This document shows positions 38,092-50,560 of a stretch of DNA of 64,000 bases, piece by piece. This DNA comes from Chiloscyllium plagiosum (lineage: Eukaryota), in contig NC_057719.1 of the NCBI RefSeq assembly GCF_004010195.1, positions 64,674,819 through 64,738,818 on the forward strand, written 5' to 3'. The position numbers were made by a program, and so were the translations under genes. Position 1 is the stretch's first letter. Each line of letters begins with the position of its first letter. A model generated the notes under the pieces. That model did not search any database. It was given only the letters and a program-made list of their open reading frames with translations, and was not told where the DNA came from.

Positions 38092-40556
38092 AAATAGGAC
38101 GGAAGAGCAGAAATTAGCCCATTGAGTTTGCTCCGCCATTCAATCATGGCTAATAAGTTTCTCAACCCATTTCTCCCACTTTCTCCCCGTAACCCTTAAT
38201 CCTCATGAAACTCAAGAATCTATGTATCTCAGTATTAAAATATACTCAATGACTTGGCATCCACAGCCTTTTGTGGCAATGAATCCCAGATATTCGCCAC
38301 TTTCTGGCTAAAGAAGTTACTCCTTATCTCCGTACTAAAAGGTCTTCCCTTTACTCTAAGGCTGTGCCCTCGTCCTAGACTCTCCTACCAATGGAAACGT
38401 CTTCCCAATGTCTACACTGTCCTGGCCATTCAGTATTCTGTATGTTTCATTAGATCCCCCCCTCATACTTATAAACTCCATCAAGTATAGACCCAGGGTC
38501 CTCATATATTATGCTTTTCATTTGTGGAAACATTCTCATGAACCTCCTCTGAACATGCTACAGGGCAAATACATCCTTGTGAGATACAGGGCCCAAACAG
38601 TGCACAGTACTCCAAATGTGGTCTGACCAGAGCCTTATAGAGCCTCAGTCCTCTCAAAATAAATACCATCATTGCATTTGCCTTCCTAACTACTGACTCA
38701 TCCTGAAAGTTTACCTTGCGACAATTCTGGAGTAGAACTCCCAAGTCTCATTGCATTTCAGACTTCTGAATTTTCTCCCCATTTAGAAATTAGTCCACGC
38801 CACTGTTCTTCCTACCAAAGTGCATGACTTCACACTTTCCCTCATTGTTCTCCATCTGCCACTTCTTTGCCCACTCTCCTAACTTGTCCAAATCCGTCTG
38901 CAGCCTCCCCGCCTCCTCAATGCTACCTGTCCTTCTACCTATCTTTGTATTGTCTGCAAGCTTAGCCAGAATGACCTCAGTTCCTTATCCAAATCATTAA
39001 TATATTAAAGTTAAAAGTTGTGGTCTTGTGGAACACCACTTGTCACTGGCTGCCATCCTGAGAATTACTCTTTTATCCCCACTCTCTGCTTTCTGACAGA
39101 CAGCCAAGCTTCTATCCATGCTAGCACCTTGCCTTTAACACCATGGGCCTTTATCTTATTCAGTAGCCTCTTGTGCGGCACCTTGTCAAAGGCTTCTTGA
39201 AATCCAAGTCGATAACATCCATTGGCCATCCTTGGTCTAACCTGCTTGTTACTTCCACAAAGAGTTCTAGCAGATTTATTAGCATGACCTTCCCTTGGAT
39301 GAACACCCCCCCCCCCCCCCCCCCATTCCCAATGCTGACTTTGCCCTATTTTACCATACACTTCCAAGTATTCAGAATTCTCATCCTTCATAATGGATTC
39401 CAGGATCCTACCTAAGACTGAGGTTAGGCTAATTGATCTGTAATTTTCCATCTTTTGTCTTACTCCCTTTTTAAACAGACGTGTCATGTTAGCGATTTTT
39501 CAGTCCTCTGGGGCACTCCCTGATTCTAGCGATTCCTGAAAGATCACCACTAATGCCTCCGTTATCTCTTCAGCTATATCCCTTAGAACTCTGGGGTGTA
39601 GTCCACATGGTCCAGGTTATTTATCCAACTTCAGGCCATTGTCTTTTTTCTAGCACCTTCTCCTTGGTGATGGCAACCATACTCAGCTCTGCTTCCTTTT
39701 TCTCTGGAATTTTTTGGGATATTACTTTTGTCTTCCACTGTGAAGACTGATGTGAAGTAATTTTCAATTCCTCAGCCTTTTCCTTGTTCCTCACTACTGT
39801 CTCTCGAGCTTCATTTTCCAGTGGTCCAATGCCTACTTTTGCATCTCTTTTGCCCTTTATATATCGAAAGAATCTTTTACAATCTTCCTGCATATTACTG
39901 GCTAGTTTACTCTCATATTTAATCTTCTCACTCCTTTTTATTTGTTGCCCTCTCTTGGAAAGTTTACAAAGACCAATCTTCTGGTTTCCCACTGTCTGTC
40001 GCCATATTATATGCTTTCTCTTTTGCTTTTATGTTATCCCTGACTTCCCTAGTCAGCCAAGGTTGCGTCATCCTCCCTGTACCATACTCTGCTGTGTCTC
40101 CTGAATTACTCCCAGAAACTCCTGCCATTGCTGTTCCACTGTCTTTCCTGCCAGGCTCCTCTCAATTCTACCCAGCTCCTCTCTCATGCCTCTGCAGTTG
40201 CCTTTACCTCTGATTCTATCTTCTCCCTCCCAAACTGCAGAGTAAATTCAATCATATTATGATCACTGCTTTCTAAGCGTTGCTTCATTCTAAGCTCCCT
40301 TATTAAGTCTGCCTTATTACGCAACACTAAATCCACTATTGCCTATTCTAGTGAGCCCCATCACAAGCTGCTCCAAAAAGCCATCTAGTAGACATTCCAC
40401 AAATTCCTTTCCTTGCAATCCACCACCAACCTGATTTCTCCCGTCCACCTGCATATAAAATCTCCCATGATCACTGTAACTTTGCATTTGCTTCACATCT
40501 TCTCTACCTCCTGGTGTATCTTTCACCCCAGCTTCAGACTACGTTTTAGTAGCTTG
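38092..40556 (-). mobile_element. Near full-length CR1, 3' part (ORF2: endonuclease C-half, RT, 3' end)
   Basis: KMENYRSISLTS, FQEAFDKVPHKRLL, LYKALVRPHLEYC, EFVECLLDGFLEQLV; 3' tail at ~38100. Confidence 0.92.
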
Positions 40557-41190
40557 TGTCGCAAAGCTGGTCCCTTTTTTCTAAAAGCTGTTCCTTTTCT
40601 CAAGGAGACTGTGTCCTTGGTTGTTTTTCAGAGGGATCATAAAACCCTCCCGGCTTCAAGGTGACTAGTTTGGTACAGAGATGAAAAAGGGTGTTGAGAA
40701 GCTTTCTGTTTATATGTAAACAAATGAGACTTTAGGCCAAAGAGACCTGTATAATGAAAGGGGAGTGGTCAGCTCTCTAGCTGAGTAGTTCAGTCCAGAA
40801 CTAGTTTGAAGTTCAGCTGTGTAGAAACAGGATGCTAAACTCTCTCTCTTTCTCTCTCTCCTTCTGCCCTTCTAACTTCAACCTGTAAGCATTTGTTCCA
40901 TTTTTACTGTTTTTAGGGGGGTTTGCTTTTTGGGACTATTGTATATATTCAGAAGAGCATAATTAAGTGTAGTTGGATTGGCTGAGTTCTGTAAGGGTTC
41001 TTTATTCTGTTCTTTGTGTTTCATTGTGTAATTTTGTGAATAAATTTTTGTCTGTTTTAAAACCTGGTAGTCAACCTCGCTAACTTACTCCGGGTAATTT
41101 TCATTATACACTTACCGAAACAAATTGTTAAGTTATCGTCTGGGTTGCCTGCTTAAGAATGTTTTGAGTGGTCTGGCCTAGCCCATAACA
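40557..41190 (+). repeat. 5' LTR (634 bp)
   Basis: Starts tgtc, ends cataaca, contains aataaa at ~41039; last ~200 bp match 46619-46809. Confidence 0.88.
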
Positions 41191-41192
41191 GA

Positions 41193-41211
41193 CTGGGGCT
41201 CTTTGCAGGAT
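41193..41211 (+). promoter_or_regulatory. Degenerate primer-binding site (tRNA-Pro-like)
   Basis: tggggctc..ggat just after the LTR resembles TGGGGGCTCGTCCGGGAT, the complement of the tRNA-Pro 3' end. Confidence 0.55.
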
Positions 41212-41290
41212 TTTAAACAGAGAGAGGTAGGTTGCTCGTGTCTTTATTTCATATGTTGGTTTGGTTGGGTAGACAAAGCTTGGGAAAATA

Positions 41291-42545
41291 ATGGCTCTTT
41301 CAGTCACCAAAAGTTTCTGGATGCGGTGACTTTGGAAGTTTTGCAAAAGGTGAATAAGGCCAAACTGCAGGAGTTAGCAGACCATCTGTGATTGGACCTG
41401 CCTGCTTCTGTGAGGAAAGGAGAGATAATTACAGCAATAGCTCAGCATTTCAACTTGCCGGAGAAACCATCAGAATCAATAGAGATGGCAAGAATTCAAT
41501 TGCAAATGAAGCAGCTTGAGTTAGAGGCGAGAGATAAGGAAAGGGCAGCGGAAATGAAACAGTTTGAGTTATGATTTACTTAAAAGCAGAAGAGAGGGAA
41601 AAAGGGAGAGCAGCAGAAGAGAAAGAAAAAGAGAGAGCTTTTGAACTTCAAAAACTGACACCTAAGAAGGAAAACCCCTGGTAGTCAGAAGCCTAGTGAG
41701 AAACTGTTTAAGTATGTTCAAGCATTGCCTACCTTTGATGAGAAGGAATTGGAATCCTTTTTCATCTCATTTCAAAAGGTGGCTAAACAAATGCAGTGGC
41801 CAGTGGCAATGTGGGTTTTGTTGATCCAAACGAAATGTGTAGGTAGGGCTGGTGAGATATTCGCATCACTATCACAGGAGATATCTGGGGAGTGTGAGAG
41901 GGTGAAAAAAGCCATTTTAAGTGCATATGTGCTTGTATCAGAAGCCGATAGACAAAGTTCCAGGAATTTAAGGAGGGACCCAGGCCAAACCTACATTAAG
42001 TTTGAAAGGATCAAACAGAGTAATTTCGATAGATGGATAAGAGCTTTAAAAGTCAAGCAAACCTATGATGCCCTTAGAGAGGTAATTATTTTGGAGGAAT
42101 TCAAAAATTCACGGCCTGAAGTAGTTATTTTGGAGGAATTCAAAAATTCACGGCTGCTGATTATGAACTCATCCATAAAACATGGTTTGGCTTCCAGAAT
42201 CAATTTCAGTCCATGAGGGATAGAAATTGGGGTAAAGAGAAATCCTCACGTGGAAAGAGAAAGGTAGATCTTAGTGAAAATCATAAGGATAACTTAACAC
42301 AGGGCAAAAAAGAAACTTTGAGGGGGACAAAGGTTAAAAAGCTCAGGTGTTTTCATTGTAATAAAGTGGACCACACAAAGTCACAGTGTTGGTGGGCTAG
42401 GAGAAAGCCAGTTGTAGGAAAACCAGGCAAGCCTAGAAGTTTTGTTGGATTAGTAACAAAAAGCACAAGGGACGTTAGAGAATTGCCTCAGAGTGTACAA
42501 GATGATCAGAGTTTGATTAAGGAGGAAGTGCCAAATCTGCTTTAA
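41291..42545 (+). pseudogene. gag: gag (coiled-coil, capsid/SCAN-related region, CCHC knuckle)
   Basis: KAKLQELA, PTFDEKELESFFISFQKVA..WP..W, LREVIILEEFKNS, CFHCNKVDHTKSQC; stops and frameshifts. Confidence 0.85.
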
Positions 42546-42559
42546 AAAAATATACATGC

Positions 42560-44306
42560 AAGGGTAAGATTTATTCACGCAGGCCAGGAGTGTCAGGTAA
42601 AGAGGTTAGAATACTAAGGGACACAGGATCCTCTAAGTCTATAATGCTGAAGGATGTACTCCTGAGGAACTATTGCCAGAAAAGGTACTGGTAACAGGAA
42701 TTCATGATGGGACACAAAATGTTCAATTATGTAAAGTGAGGCGAGAGAGTCCAGGAAAAAGTGGACAATTTGTGGTAGGAGTACTGGACAAATTCTCAGC
42801 TCCAAGAATAAAATTTGACCTTGCAAATGATATAGCTGATTCACCGGTAGGCATGCCAGTGGAGATGCAGGCAACTGAAGAAATGAAGGATGTTTATCCA
42901 GGAATTTTCCCTGATTGTGTGATCACAAGATCACAGAGGCACACGTTGAAGCAGGAGAGATCAAAAGGCACAGATAAGGAAGCTGACATAGTTTTATCTG
43001 AGACTTTTTTTGATCAGATAAGTGGGACAGAGCAGGGGCAACTTGGTAAACATGCAAGTATCTTTAGCTCTGCTATGCTTATTGAGTTACAGCAGAAAGT
43101 TTAGAAGTTAAAACAGTTGTATCAAAAGGCATATACAGAGGAGAGTGAATGCATCCCTGTGTGTTATTACTTAATACGTGATGTCTTAATGAGGAAATGG
43201 AGACCATCACACATTCAAGCAGATGAGAAATGGGCAGAGATTAATCAAATTGTTTTGTCAGTAGGGTATAGAAAGGGGGTGCTGCGAGTGGTGCATAAGC
43301 TACCACTTGGAGGTCATTTAGGGGTGAGGAAAACACAGGCTAAAATGTAAAGACATTTTTATTCTTGGACTACACAAGGATGTAGTTGAATTTTGCCAGA
43401 TGTGTCACACATGTCAGCTAATCGGAAAACTACAGGCAGTAATAAAACCTGCACTTTTAATGCCTATTCCAGCATTTTTTCACAAGAGCCTTGATTGATT
43501 GCATAGGTTCCCTCCCTCAAACAAAAAGTGGGGATAAGTATTTATTAACAATAATGGATGTGTTGACTAGATTTCCAGAGGCAATCCCATTAAACAACAT
43601 CACAGCTAAAAGGGTTGTAGAAGAATTACTTAAATTGTTTACTAGATATGGACTACCAATAGAGATCTAGTCAGATCAAGGATCAAACTTTATATCCAAA
43701 CTATTCAAGGGGGTTATGAATAACTTGGGAATAAAGCAATTCAATTCTGTGTACCACCAGAATTGCAGGGAGCGCTAGAGAGATGGCATCGAACATTAAA
43801 GACCAGGTTGAGGGCTTATGGTCAGGATTATCCAGATGACTGGGATAAGGGAATTCCGTTTGTATTTTTTGCAATCAGAGATACACCAAATGAATCGACC
43901 AAATTCAATCCATTTCAATTAATTTTTGGGCATGAAGTAAGAGGACCGTTAAAATTGATTAAGGAGAAATTAATAAGGCAGAACTCAGAGACCACCCATT
44001 TGCACTATGTGTCAAATTTTAGAGAATGATTAAATAGAGCTGGAGAATTGGCTGACAGCATTTAAAAGTATCACAGCATACAATGAAACAGGAAGCGGAT
44101 AAGAAATCACAAATTCACAATTCTGTAACTGGGGATAAGGTATTGGTTTTACTTCCAGTAACAGGTGAGCCTTTAAAAGCAAGGTTTAGTGGACCTTATC
44201 AAATCGAGAGGAAATTGAGTGAGGTGAACTACTTGATAAGGACTCCAAGCAGCAAGAAATCTCAGTGTGTCATGTGAATATGCTCAAAAGGTATTTTGAT
44301 AGGGAA
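42560..44306 (+). pseudogene. pol: pol part 1: aspartic protease then integrase
   Basis: RILRDTGSSKS (D at 42620); HKLPLGGHLG + CQMCHTC zinc finger; DCIGSLP, SDQGSNF, GALERWH catalytic motifs; ARFSGPY. Confidence 0.9.
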
Positions 44307-44308
44307 CG

Positions 44309-44974
44309 TGTGGGAGAAAATCTGTTACCCTGTCCACCCATAGCATGGCCAAAAAAAAGGAACCATGTCTGCCTAAGCCACAGCAGAAACTACCCAGAGT
44401 GCCTCAGCCTTGACCAAAGAGGCTAACTATGACACTAGGCATCAAACGGGAGATGACTCAAACCACTTCCAGACTGGGGAATACACTTCCCGAGACATCC
44501 TGACAATAGGCTTCTGAGCCCTCATTAAGCATAATCGCTCCCAAAGCCCTAAGGGCAGCCTCACTCCTCACACTGGAGTTTCTCACTGGAACTCCACAAA
44601 GGGTGCCCAGACTGAGAGGCACCAAGATAACTCGCCCGCGACCAAACCACAATGGAAATTCACAGATGAGAGACACTTGCATCTTCTCTGACACAGGCCT
44701 GAAATCTCCTGTTTCGGTTATGGACTGATTGCTACTCCTAGACGGCTGATTGTTCTCCCATCAATTTCGTTCTTCTCTTGATCAATCTGTAATTCACACT
44801 ATTGTACTGTATATCCCTATAAAAACTGCCCGCACTCACCGCTCGGGGAAGAGAACCCTTGGTCTGTGTCAGCCTAGTCAATTTCTCTTCCAGCGATATC
44901 ACTTATAATAAACTGTCAATTTCATCCGATCCGTGCTTGTGTGGTCTCTGTTTAATTGGGTAATTTCTCCAACA
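44309..44974 (+). mobile_element. Unrelated solo-LTR-like insert inside pol
   Basis: tgtgggagaaa...tttctccaaca (10/11 inverted match), TATAAAA at ~44818, AATAAA at ~44907; pol-like sequence resumes after it. Confidence 0.75.
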
Positions 44975-46485
44975 GTTGGAAAGCAAAAGGAAAAGGTGTT
45001 AATGATTATAGCACAGAAGGAAGAACCAAATTCAGAGGATTTTGAATTGGGCATTCCTCAAATCAAATTGGACAATGAGGAAGTTGTCAAAAATTGGGAT
45101 AAATTATTGAATTACCTTCCACAAGAAAACCAAAATGACCTGAAAGCATTATTACTATCACATTGGGAGATATGCGGCAATAACCTGGGAAGTACTAACC
45201 TAATTGTGCATGATATAGATGTAGGAGATGCTGTTCCGATTAAGCAACATCCTTATAGGCATAACCCTCTAAAGTTGGCACAGGTTCAGAAGGAGATAAA
45301 GCGTATGCTCCAAGATGGTATAATCGAAGTGAGTTACAGTGAGTGGAGCTCACCCATAGTCATGGTGCCAAAGCCAGATGGTACCCAACAGTTATGTGTG
45401 GACTATTGCAAGGTCAACGCTGTTACAAAGACTGATGCATATCCAATTCCACCGGTGGAGGACTGTGTCGAGAAAGTGGGACAAGCAACTTGCATTTCTT
45501 AGTTGAACTTGCTCAGAGGCTACTGGCAAGTACCTCTGTCAGAGAGAGCAAAGGCAATTTTGGCTTTCATAATGCCAAATGGACTATAGTAGTTCAAAGT
45601 CATGGCATTTGGTATGAAAAGCATTCGGCCACATTTCAGAGACTGACTAATAAGGTAATTGCCGGGTTACTCAATTGTGTTGTTTACGTTGATGACCTGG
45701 TGGTTTTTAGTCACTCATGGAAGGAACATTTACAGCATTTATCAGACTTGTTCGATCGACTTTGGAAGGTTGGTGGTAAACCTAACTAAAAGTGAATTTG
45801 CCAAAGCCCAAATACCTTCCTGGGCCATGTTATTGGACATGGACAAATGACCCCACGGAATGCAAAAACAAAAGTAATTGGAAAATTTCCCACACTTTCA
45901 ATGTGAAAAACAGTACTACGGTTCCTGGGATTGAGTGGATTTTATTGAAAGTTTGTGCCAAACTTTAACAGTGTGGCTGCTCCACTCACCGAATTGTTAA
46001 AAAAGGGCAAGAAGTTTCAGTGGACAGCGGACTGTCAAAAGGCATTTGACAGCCTCAAAACTGTGTTAACCACTGCCCCCGTATTAGTCACACTGGATTA
46101 CATGAAGCCTTTCAAGGTGGCTATCGATGCCAGTGATGTGTGTGTTGGTATGGTGCTCCTGCAGGAGGATGACGAGGGGTTAGAAAGACCCATCACATAT
46201 TTTTCCAGGAAGTTGAACGTTTATCAACAGAAAAATTCAACAGTGGAGAAAGAGAATTTAAGCTTGATGTTGGCATTACAACATTTCAGTGTTTATATTA
46301 CCAGCAATGCATCTGAGACAATTGTATAGACTGATCATACCCTATTGACATTTGTGGAAAAATTTAAGGACAAAAATGCCAGACTGTTTAGATGGAGTTT
46401 GTTGTTGCAGCCATTCAATTTGACAATGGTGCATGTGGCAGGTCTCAAACATGTGATTGCTGATGCATTATCGAGACTCGAATGA
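44975..46485 (+). pseudogene. pol: pol part 2: reverse transcriptase and RNase H
   Basis: PIKQHPYR, SEWSSPIVMVPKPDG..LCVDY, YVDD (45685-45696), DASD, YFSRKL, EKE, TDH, ADALSR. Confidence 0.92.
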
Positions 46486-46618
46486 GATATGGAGACGTTC
46501 CTTGGTGGGTGTGCCATGGCCTGAATTTGCATGTTCATAGTTAGTATAGTGTACATGTGTGTTTAGACTACTAACCAGGTTTTTGAAAGGTTTTAAAAAT
46601 GAAGCCATCTTTTGATAT

Positions 46619-46809
46619 TGTATGGGTTCTTTGTGTTTCATTGTGTAATTTGTGAGTAAATTTTTGTCTGTCTTAAAATCTGATAGTCAAACTAGCTAAG
46701 TTACTCTGGGAAAATTTTCACTGTACACTTACTGAAACAAATTGTAAAGTTATGGCCTGGGCTGCCTGCTTAAGAATGTTTTGAGTGGTCGAGCCAAAAA
46801 TTCATAACA
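46619..46809 (+). repeat. 3' LTR, 5'-deleted
   Basis: Matches ~40990-41190 at roughly 85% by eye; no polypurine tract in front of it. Confidence 0.85.
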
Positions 46810-46818
46810 CTTGTACAT

Positions 46819-47730
46819 GATCGAAGAGTGTGGTGCTGGAAAAGCAGTCGGTCAGGCAGCATCTGAGAAGCAAGAGAATCGCTGTTTCACTCCTTGGACA
46901 AAGGGGGGAGGTGTGGGCACAGGCTTTGCACTTCTTGCGATTGCGGGGAGAGTGGGAAAGTGAGGGGCATGGACCCCTTCCAGTACCTTCCCCTGCCATA
47001 GCAAGAAGTGCAAACCCTTTGCCCACGCTTCCCCCCCCTCACCTCCATCCATGGTCCCAAAGGATCCTTCCACATTCGACAGAAATTTACCTGTACTTCC
47101 ACACACGTCATCTACTGCATCCGTTACACCCAATGTGGCCTCCTCTACTTTGGGGAGACTGGACGCCAACTTGCAAATTGTTTCAGAGAACATCTCTGGG
47201 ACACCCTCACTGACCAACCCCAACGCCCTGTGGCTGAACACTTTAACTCCCCCTCCCACTCTGCCAAGGACATGCAGGTCCTGGGCTGCCTCCATCACCA
47301 CCCCTAACCTCCCAGTGCCTGGAGGAAGCATGCATCATCTTCTGCCTTGGGATCCTCCAACCACATGGGATAAATGTGTATTTCACCAGTTACCCCATTT
47401 CCCCTCCCCCCACCTTATCCCAGTCCCAACCTTCCAACTCAGCACCGTCCCCTTGAACGGTCCTACCTGTCCATCTTCCTTCCCACCTATCTACTCAACC
47501 CTCCTCTTTGTCCTATCACTTTCACCGCCACCTTCATCCACCTATCGCATTCCCAGCTACCTTCCCCCGCAGCCCCCTTGGCCCGCAAACCTCATTCCTA
47601 ATGAAGGACTTATGCATGAAACGTTGATTCTCCTGCTCCTCGGATGTTGCCTGATCGGCTGTGCTTTTCCAGCACCACATGCTTCGACTCTGATCTTCAG
47701 CATCGCCAGTCCTCGCTTTCTCCTTCCGGT
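46819..47730 (+). mobile_element. Penelope-like element: inverted 5' pieces, GIY-YIG domain and terminal repeat
   Basis: GPKGSFHIRQKFTCTSTHVIYCIRYTQCGLLYFGETGRQL..FREH..PVAEHFNS; ttgtacat at 46811-46818 and 47731-47738. Confidence 0.88.
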
Positions 47731-47738
47731 TTGTACAT

Positions 47739-48835
47739 AATTCCAGCTATGGCTTTTTTTTAAACCTTTTGTGGTTCCTCAATTCTACCCATACAGATTC
47801 TTCACTATTTGACCCTACTTCGTTTCTTACTATTGACTTAATTTCATTTCTTACTGATAAGGCAATCCCACCGTCCCTGCTAACCTGCCTATCCTTTCGA
47901 TAGGATATATACTCTTGAATATTCAGCTCCCAATCCTGATCCCCTTGCAGCCACGTCTCTGTGATGCCCACTACATCATATTTGCCAATATAAATCTGCG
48001 TCACAAGTTCATTTACCTATTCCTTATACTGCGTGCATTCAAATATACCACCGCCAGGCCGTCTTTCTTTTCATTGTCATTTGTTTGTCCAGTGCACTTG
48101 AAGTTTGATTGCTAACTTTTTCCATACACTCTGTCCTATTTGTGTCTATGCTGGCAAATTTAATAACCTGTCCTGAGTTCTTCACCCTTACCTACTCCTT
48201 GAATTTGGGTTTTGTAAATTTCCCTTATAAGTGAACCTTAACACCCCCCCCCCATTCAGTTTAAAGCCCTGTCTTCAGCCCTAGTTATGCGATTTGCTAG
48301 GACTCTGGTCTCAGCACGGTTCAGATGAAGACTGTCCCATCAAATAGGTTCCTTCTTCCCCAGTACTGGTGCCAATTCCCCATGAATTCAAACCCATTTT
48401 TCCACACATTATTTCTTTTTCGGTCCGCTTTTAAAATTAGCTCCTAGCTGTTCATACTCCCTTAGCAGAAAGTCTGCCCTAGATTTATCTATATTGTTGG
48501 TACCTAGGTGGACGATGACAACTGGATCTTTACCCTTCCACTCCAAGTTCCTCTGCAGCTCAGATGAGATATCCCGAACCCGAGCACCAGGCAGGCACAC
48601 AACTCTCGATCCTGGTTACAGAGAACAATGTCTATGTTTCCAACTCTACCATTCCCAGTTACTACAACATTTCTCTTCGCTCCCTGCACCATGGTGCTGT
48701 GGTCAGTTGGCTTATCCTCCCTGCAGCCCACATACCTGTCCACACAGGGCACATACATTTGAACCTTTTGGACAAGGATGGGGCTGAGGCTCTTGCAACT
48801 CTACCTTCTGAATCCCTCTACCTGCCTCACTCACA
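47739..48835 (-). mobile_element. Near full-length CR1, 5' part (ORF1 esterase-like region and endonuclease N-half)
   Basis: YDVVGITETWLQGDQDWELNI..RKDR..GGIAL; CLPGARVRDIS..DPVVIVHLGTNNI (SGNH-type block). Confidence 0.9.
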
Positions 48836-49911
48836 GAATAGCTATTTTGCTTTGAGATTTTCCATTATGCCATTGTCACTGTTGGGTTTATTGGTTCTGT
48901 ATATACAGGGTGAATGGATATGTAAGTGCTATGGGGTGAGAGGTTTACAAGAGTGCACTGGTCGTGCTGCGGTGCAATGAGATTTCTTGGAGATTGTGAG
49001 GGGCCAATTAAAGTGGGCTGCCATGAGCTTGCATGTTAGGAATGAGGGGATATTGGGCATGGCTGGGGCCATTGGTTGGCATAAAGGCATTGGGTAAGAC
49101 ATTTTGAAGTTACATTCCAAATCTAGACTATGATTCACAACTCCTCTGTGGGACTCTTGAGCCTGATTCTATCAAAATTACAAGAATCTAAAAATGCTAA
49201 CGCCCAAAATAGAACTAGCCAGATCATGAATACTGTGTGCAGGCTCATTGCCAGAATCTCAGAATTGGATTGTGCAGCTAATTTTTAAAGATCTCTGGGG
49301 TCTCCAAAACTTTGTGAAAACATGGCCCTAAAACTCTATCTACCATAGGCACATCTGCTCTGGTCATTGTTCCAAGGTAGGAATATCTCTAACATTTTTT
49401 CGAGTAAGACAACCTGAATCCCCTTTTTCACCTTTCAAAGTTAATCCAGGCTTGTTGTCAGGCAGATTGCAGAACAAGTCACATGACCTCTTTATACCTT
49501 CATTCTAACCCAAGTGAAAGAGACTTTGTCTCTTCACACTTCACACTTTTCACAACTCATATTTCAAATGCATACTTTTCGTGATGAATTTTACTCATTG
49601 ACTGAAAGTTGTGTTTCAGACTGTAGCTAAAGGCAGTGAATCACTGAATGCAGCATGAATAATAAATGGGTGGGAACCAATTATTTTATTTTGACTGTCT
49701 TCATGGTGAACTATAGTGTGAATTGCGTTTGCACATATGGACAGCAAATGTATAAACTTAAGGAGGATTAAAATGACAACTGATCAGCCTTGTGACAAAT
49801 TTATTGTGCTTTGTAGAATGCAGTGGAGCTTATTTGTCGAAACACATTGGGGTGGACTTTTTATACCATAGTGTTTATAATTTTTGTATTGCACTCTTGT
49901 TTCTTTTTAAC

Positions 49912-50560
49912 TGTGGTAAACGCTGGTCCCACTGGATGTTCAGTTTTCTCCTCTTTCAGTTGCGAAAAAGACTTTCTTTTTACTATTGTGAAAAGAGACT
50001 TTTTGAACTCTTAGTGGTACAGTTTTCAAATGGTCAAGTTAACTTTATTTTTAAAATTAGAAAATAGTAGGCTCTTCAAAGACACTCCTTTTAGATGTCT
50101 CTTAAGGTCAAGATTGTAATAGCACACTTTTTCAAACAAATCTTGAAGGATCCAGACAGAGAGAAGAAACACATTCTACCAATTTCTAAATCACCTCAGT
50201 AGAACCAACTTCCCAGCTTCTCTTCCAAATGTCTGGACTGTACCATCTTTGTATGACCTTGTTTAAAAACCAGCTTCTCTTAGCTTGGTTAAAATTTTCT
50301 TAGAATATTGCTTTGTTTAAAAAACTGTTGCAAAGCTTTTCTAATTTATTTTTAAGTTGAAGTGTTTGCAAAGGCATACAAGGAGTGCAAAAACAAAACA
50401 ATCAGCCATACACAGTAACAATTATCCTGTCTGAAACCAAAACAGAAAAACAAACACCAAGTTCCTTAAGCTCATGACGGGACTTGTCATGCAGTCAGGA
50501 CAGAAACATTCCACAACATTTCATACAGAAACCATTTTTATGGCCTAAGTACCCATAATA
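49912..50560. mobile_element. Candidate solo LTR
   Basis: Ends tgtggtaaacgctggtccc and ggcctaagtacccataata resemble the ends of the 40557-41190 LTR and the length is similar; no TSD. Confidence 0.35.

Larger units (their letters stand above)
40557..46809 (+). mobile_element. Gmr1-type Ty3/gypsy LTR retrotransposon, degenerate
   Basis: TG..CA ends, TSD cttg (40553-40556 / 46810-46813), related LTR 3' parts, gag-PR-IN-RT-RH order. Confidence 0.93.
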
